DNA of 64,000 nucleotides, taken from NCBI GenBank assembly GCA_964016885.1, contig OZ024743.1, positions 318,122,001 to 318,186,000 of the forward strand, read 5' to 3'. This document shows positions 57,316-64,000 of the stretch, in pieces. The stretch's first letter is position 1. The number at the start of each line of letters is the position of its first letter. Below the pieces are notes generated by a model that was not told the DNA's origin, ran no database searches, and saw only the letters and a program-made list of their open reading frames with translations. Made by a program: the position numbers and the translations under genes. Source of the stretch: Eledone cirrhosa. Its lineage: Eukaryota.

Positions 57316-60300
57316 AGACTATAGACAATAGCACCAATGCTAATCTATATGATACTGTATGCCAGGGACTATAGACTATAGCACCAATGCTAATCTATAT
57401 GATGCTGTATGTCAGGTACTATAGACAATAGCACCAATGCTTATCTGTATGATACTGTATGTCAGAGACTATAGACAATAGCACCAATGCTAATCTATAT
57501 GATACTGTATGCCAGGGACTATAGACTATAGCACCAATGCTAATCTATATGATGTTGTATGTCAGAGACTATAGACAATAGCACCAATGCTAATCTATAT
57601 GATACTGTATGCCAGAGACTATAGACAATAGCACCAATGCTAATCTATATGATACTGTATGTCAGAGACTATAGACAATAGCACCAATGCTTATCTGTAT
57701 GATGTTGTATGTCAGGGACTATAGACAACACCACCAATGCTAATCTACATGATGCTGTATGTCAGGGACTGTAGACAATAGCACCAATGCTAATCTATAT
57801 GATGCTGTATGTCATGGACTATAGACAATAGCACCAATGCTAATCTATATGATACTGTATGTCAGGGACTGTAGACAATAGCACCAATGCTAATCTATAT
57901 GATGTTGTATGTCAGGGACTATAGACAATAGCACCAATGCTAATCTATATGATACTGTATGTTAGGGACTATCGACAATAGCACCAATGCTAATCAATAT
58001 GATACTGTATGTCAGGGACTATAGACAATAGCACCAATGCCTATCTATATGATGTTGTATGTCAAGGACTATAGACAATAGCACCAATGCCTATCTATAT
58101 GATACTGTATGTCAGGGACTATAGACAATAGCACCAATGCTAATCTATATGATACTGTATGTCAGGGACTATAGACAATAGCACCAATGCTAATCTATAT
58201 GATGCTGTATGTCAGGGACTATAGACAATAGCACCAATGCTAATCTATATGATATTGTATGTCAGGGACTAGAGACAATAGCACCAATGCGAATCTATAT
58301 ATTGTATGCCAGTGACTATAGACTATAGCACCAATGCTAGTCTATATGATGTTGTATGTCAGGGGCTATAGACAATAGCACCAATGCTAATCTATATGAT
58401 ACTGTATGTCAGGGACTATAGACAACACCACCAACGCTAATCTATATGATACTGTATGCCAGGGACTATAGACTATAGCACCAATGCTAATCTATATGAT
58501 GTTGTATGTCAGAGACTATAGACAATAGCACCAATGCCTATCTATATGATGTTGTATGTCAGGGACTATAGACAACACCACCAATGCTATTCTATATGAT
58601 GCTGTATGTCAGGGACTATAGACGATAGCACCAATGCTAATCTATGTGATACTGTATGTCAGGGACTATAGACAATAGCACCAATGCTAATCTATATGAT
58701 GTTGTATGTCAGGGACTATAGACAATAGCACCAATGCTAATCTATATGATACTGTATGCCAGGGACTATAGACGATAGCACCAATGCTAATCTATATGAT
58801 ACTGTATGCCAGGGACTATAGACAATAGCACCAATGCTAATCTATATGATACTGTATGCCAGGGACTATAGACGATAGCACCAATGCTAATCTATATGAT
58901 ACTGTATGTCAGGGACTATAGACAATAGCACCAATGCTAATCTATATGATACTGTATGTCAGGGACTATAGACGATAGCACCAATGCTAATCTATATGAT
59001 ACTGTATGTCAGGGACTATAGACAATAGCACCAATGCTAATCTATATGATACTGTATGCCAGGGACTATAGACAATAGTACCAATGCTAATCTATATGAT
59101 GTTGTATGTCAGGGACTATAGATAATAGCACCAATGCTAATTTATATGATGTTGTATGTCAGGGACTATAGACAATACCACCATTGCTAATCTATATGAT
59201 ACTGTATGTCAGGGACTATAGACAATAGCACCAATGCTAATCTATATGATGCTGTATGTCAGGGACTATAGACAATAGCACCAATGCTAATCTATATGAT
59301 GCTGTATGTCAGGGACTATAGACAATAGCACCAATGCTAATCTATATGATGCTGTATGTCAGGGACTATAGACAATAGCACCAATGCTAATCTATATGAT
59401 GCTGTATGTCAGGGACTATAGACAATAGCACCAATGCTAATCTATATGATGCTGTATGTCAGGGACTATAGACAATAGCACCAATGCTAATCTATATGAT
59501 GCTGTATGTCAGGGACTATAGACAATAGCACCAATGCTAATCTATATGATGCTGTATGTCAGGGACTATAGACAACACCACCAATGCTAATCTATATGAT
59601 GTTGTATGTCAGAGACTATAGACAATAGCACCAATGCTAATCTATATGATGTTGTATGTCAGAGACTATAGACAATAGCACCAATGCTAATCTATATGAT
59701 GCAGTATGTCAGGGACTATAGACAATAGTACCAATGCTAATCTATATGATGTTATATGTCAGGGACTATAGACAATAGCACCAATGCTAATCTATATGAT
59801 ACTGTATGTCAGGGACTATAGACAATAGCACAAATGCTAATCTATAAGATACTGTATGTCAGGGACTATAGACAATAGCACCAATGCTAATCTATATCAT
59901 ACTGTATGTCAGGGACTATAGACAATAGCACCAATGCTAATCTATATGATGTTGTATGTCAAGAACTATAGACAATAGCACCAATGCTAATCTATATGAT
60001 GCTTTATGTCAGGTACTACAGACAATATCACCAATGCTGATCTATATGATGTTGTATGTCAGGGACTATAGACAATAGCACCAATGCTGATCTATATGAT
60101 GTTGTATGTCAGGGACTAGAGACAATAGCACCAATGCTAATCTATATGATGTTGTATGTCAGGGCCTATAGACAATAGCACCAATGCTAATCTATATGAT
60201 ACTGTATGTCAGGGACTATAGACAATAGCACCAATGCCTATCTATATGATGTTGTATGTCAGGGACTATAGACAATAGCACCAATGCCTATCTATATGAT

Positions 60301-63300
60301 ACTGTATGTCAGGGACTATAGACAATAGCACCAATGCTAATCTATATGATACTGTATGTCAGGGACTATAGACAATAGCACCAATGCTAATCTATATGAT
60401 ACTGTATGTCAGGGACTATAGACAATAACACCAATGCTAATCTATATGATGCTGTATGTCAGGGACTATAGACAATAGCACCAATGCTAATCTATATGTT
60501 GTTGTATGTCAGGGACTATAGACAGTAGCACCAATGCTAATCTATATGATACTGTATGTCAGGGACTAGAGACAATAGCACCAATGCTAATCTATATGGT
60601 ACTGTATGTCAGGGACTATAGACAATAGCACCAATGCTAATCTATATGATGTTGTATGTCAGGAACTATAGACAATAGCACCAATGCTAATCTATATGAT
60701 ACTGTATGTCAGGGACTAGAGACAATAGCACCAATGCTAATCTATATGATGCTGTATGTCAGGGACTATAGACAATAGCACCAATGCGAATCTATATATT
60801 GTATGCCAGGGACTATAGACTATAGCACCAATGCTAGTCTATATGATGTTGTATGTCAGGGACTATAGACAATAGCACCAATGCTAATCTATATGATACT
60901 GTATGTCAGGGACTATAGACAATAGCACCAATGCCTATCTATATGATGTTGTATGTCAGGGACTATAGACAATAGCACCAATGCCTATCTATATGATACT
61001 GTATGCCAGGGACTATAGACAATAGCACCAATGCTAATCTATATGATACTGTATGTCAGGGACTATAGCCAATAGCACCAATGCTACTCTTTATGATGCT
61101 GTATGTCAGGGACTATAGACAATAGCACCAATGCTAATCTATATGATGCTGTATGTCAGAGACTATAGACAATAGCACCAATGCTAATCTATATGATGTT
61201 GTATGTCAGGGACTATAGACAATAGCACCAATGCTAATCTATATGATGTTGTATGTCAGGGACTATAGACAATAGCACCAATGCTAATCTATATGATACT
61301 GTATGTCAGGGACTATAGACAATAGCACCAATGCTAATCTATATGATGTTGTATGTCAGGTACTATAGACAACACCACCAATGCTAATCTATATGATGTT
61401 GTATGTCAGAGACTATAGACAATAGCACCAATGCTAATCTATATGATGTTGTATGTCAGAGACTATAGGCAATAGCACCAATGCTAATCTATATGATGTT
61501 GTATGTCAGAGACTATAGACAATAGCACCAATGCTAATCTATATGATGTAGTATGTCAGGGACTATAGACAATAGCACCAATGCTAATCTATATGATGTT
61601 ATATATCAGGGACTATAGACAATAGCACCAATGCTAAGCTATATGATACTGTATGTCAGGGACTATAGACAATAGCACCAATGCTAATCTATATGATGCT
61701 GTATGTCAGGGACTATAGACAATAGCACAAATGCTAATCTATATGATACTGTATGTCAGGGACTATAGACAATAGCACCAATGCTAATCTATATGATGCT
61801 GTATGTCAGGGACTATAGACAATAGCACCAATGCGAATCTATATATTGTATGCCAGGGACTATAGACTATAGCACCAATGCTAATCTATATGATGTTGTA
61901 TGTCAGAGACTATAGACAATAGCACCAATGCTAATCTATATGATGTTGTATGTCAGAGACTATAGACAATAGCACCAATGCTAATCTATATGATGCAGTA
62001 TGTCAGGGACTATAGACAATAGCACCAATGCTAATCTATATGATGTTATATATCAGGGACTATAGACAATAGCACCAATGCTAAGCTATATGATACTGTA
62101 TGTCAGGGACTATAGACAATAGCACCAATGCTAATCTATATGATGCTGTATGTCAGGGACTATAGACAATAGCACAAATGCTAATCTATATGATACTGTA
62201 TGTCAGGGACTATAGACAATAGCACCAATTCTAATCCATATGATGTTGTATGTCAGGAACTATAGACAATAGCACCAATGCTAATCTATATGATACTGTA
62301 TGTTAGGGACTATAGACAATAGCACCAATGCCTATCTATATGATACTGTATGTCAGGGACTATAGACAATAGCACCAATGCTAATCAATATGATACTGTA
62401 TGTCAGGGACTATAGACAATAGCACTAATGCTAATGTATATGATACTGTATGTCAGGGACTGTAGACAATAGCACCAATGCTAATCTATATGATGTTGTA
62501 TGTCAGGAACTATAGACAATAGCACCAATGCTAATCTATATGATGCTGTATGTCAGGTACTATAGACAATATCACCAATGCTGATCTATATGATGTTGTA
62601 TGTCAGGGACTATAGACAATAGCACCAATACTAATCTATATGATGTTGTATGTCAGGGACTATAGACAATAGCACCAATGCTAATCTATATGATACTGTA
62701 TGTTAGGGACTATAGACAATAGCACCAATGCTAATCTATATGATACTGTATGTCAGGGACTATAGACAATAGCACCAATGCCTATCTATATGATGTTGTA
62801 TGTCAGGGACTATAGACAATAGCACCAATGCCTATCTATATGATACTGTATGTCAGGGACTATAGACAATAGCACCAATGCTAATCTATATGATACTGTA
62901 TGTCAGGGACTATAGACAATAGCACCAATGCTAATCTATATGATGTTGTATGTCAGGAACTATAGACAATAGCACCAATGCTATTCTATATGATACTGTA
63001 TGTCAGGGACTATAGACAATAGCACCAATGCTAATCTATATGATGTTGTATGTCAGGGACTATAGACAATAGCACCAATGCTAATCTATATGATACTGTA
63101 TGTCAGGGACTATAGACAATAGCACCAATGCCTATCTATATGATGTTGTATGTCAGGGACTATAGACAATAGCACCAATGCCTATCTATATGATACTGTA
63201 TGTCAGGGACTATAGACAATAGCACCAATGCTAATCTATATGATACTGTATGTCAGGGACTATAGACAATAGCACCAATGCTAATCTATATGATGTTGTA

Positions 63301-64000
63301 TGTCAGGAACTATAGACAATAGCACCAATGCTAATCTATATGATACTGTATGTCAGGGACTATAGACAATAGCACCAATGCTAATCTATATGATGTTGTA
63401 TGTCAGGAACTATAGACAATATCACCAATGCTGATCTATTTGATGTTGTATGTCAGGGACTATAGACAATAGACCCAATGCTAATCTATATGATGTTATA
63501 TGTCAGGGACTATAGACAATAGCACCAATGCTAATCTATATGATGTTGTATGTCAGGAACTATAGACAATAGCACCAATGCCTATCTATATGATACTGTA
63601 TGTCAGGGACTATAGACAATAGCACCAATGCTAATCTATATGATACTGTATGTCAGGGACTATAGACAATAGCACTAATGCTAATCTATATGATACTGTA
63701 TGTCAGGGACTGTAGACAATAGCACCAATGCTAATCTATATGATGTTGTATGTCAGGAACTATAGACAATAGCACCAATGCTAATCTATATGATGCTGTA
63801 TGTCAGGTACTATAGACAATATCACCAATGCTGATCTATATGATGTTGTATGTCAGGGACTATAGACAATAGCACCAATGCTAATCTATATGATACTGTA
63901 TGTTAGGGACTATAGACAATAGCACCAATGCTAATCTATATGATACTGTATGTCAGGGACTATAGACAATAGCACCAATGCCTATCTATATGATGTTGTA

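Larger units (their letters stand above)
2608..64000. repeat. 50-bp satellite DNA array, ~1230 head-to-tail monomers, continuing beyond the window end
   Basis: Consensus CAATAGCACCAATGCTAATCTATATGAT[GTT/ACT/GCT]GTATGTCAGGGACTATAGA. All copies are in one orientation with no insertions seen. The CAGGG landmark moves from 2641 to 63904, which is 61263 bp = 1227x50 - 29x3 and matches the 29 visible 47-bp monomers. Confidence 0.99.

Noticed and set aside
2608-64000. CRISPR-like or information-storing array (constant repeat plus variable GTT/ACT/GCT slot)
   Set aside because: There are no unique spacers. Variation is a few recurrent SNP alleles whose order is explained by block duplication, and there are no cas or other genes in the window.
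2608-64000. Repetitive protein-coding exon
   Set aside because: The 50-bp period is not a multiple of 3, the monomer has TAG/TAA/TGA stops on both strands, and the ORF track shows nothing within the array.
1-64000. Hammerhead-ribozyme satellite (as known from newt, schistosome and cricket satellites)
   Set aside because: Neither consensus monomer has the CUGANGA plus GAAA core on either strand. The 61-mer has GAAAC only, and the 50-mer minus strand has CTGACAT and no GAAA. An Infernal/Rfam search would be the definitive test for other ribozyme classes.

Overview
This is a non-coding, eukaryote-like satellite DNA window with no credible protein-coding gene, rRNA/tRNA gene or CRISPR array. (1) 1-1807 holds about 29.6 copies of a near-identical 61-bp tandem unit, probably cut by the left window edge. 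Its sequence resembles the body of an invertebrate SINE (recalled, not searched). (2) 1808-2607 is an ~800-bp unique AT-rich spacer with a decayed tRNA-derived SINE fragment on the minus strand and a possible piggyBac-type terminus (...AAAGGG-TTAA). (3) 2608-64000 is one uninterrupted head-to-tail array of about 1230 copies of a 50-bp monomer (CAATAGCACCAATGCTAATCTATATGAT[GTT/ACT/GCT]GTATGTCAGGGACTATAGA) that runs off the right edge. The array has layered internal structure: tandem block duplications of 150, 250, 300-350, 500, 1200, 2144, 2341 and 2844 bp, dispersed multi-monomer variant 'words', and a single recurrent 3-bp deletion allele (29 copies) that accounts for the whole net phase shift. 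The SINE-like pieces suggest a mollusc, possibly a cephalopod such as Octopus, but this is inference from recall. I found no evidence of a new protein-based biological system. The points of interest are satellite origin and evolution.
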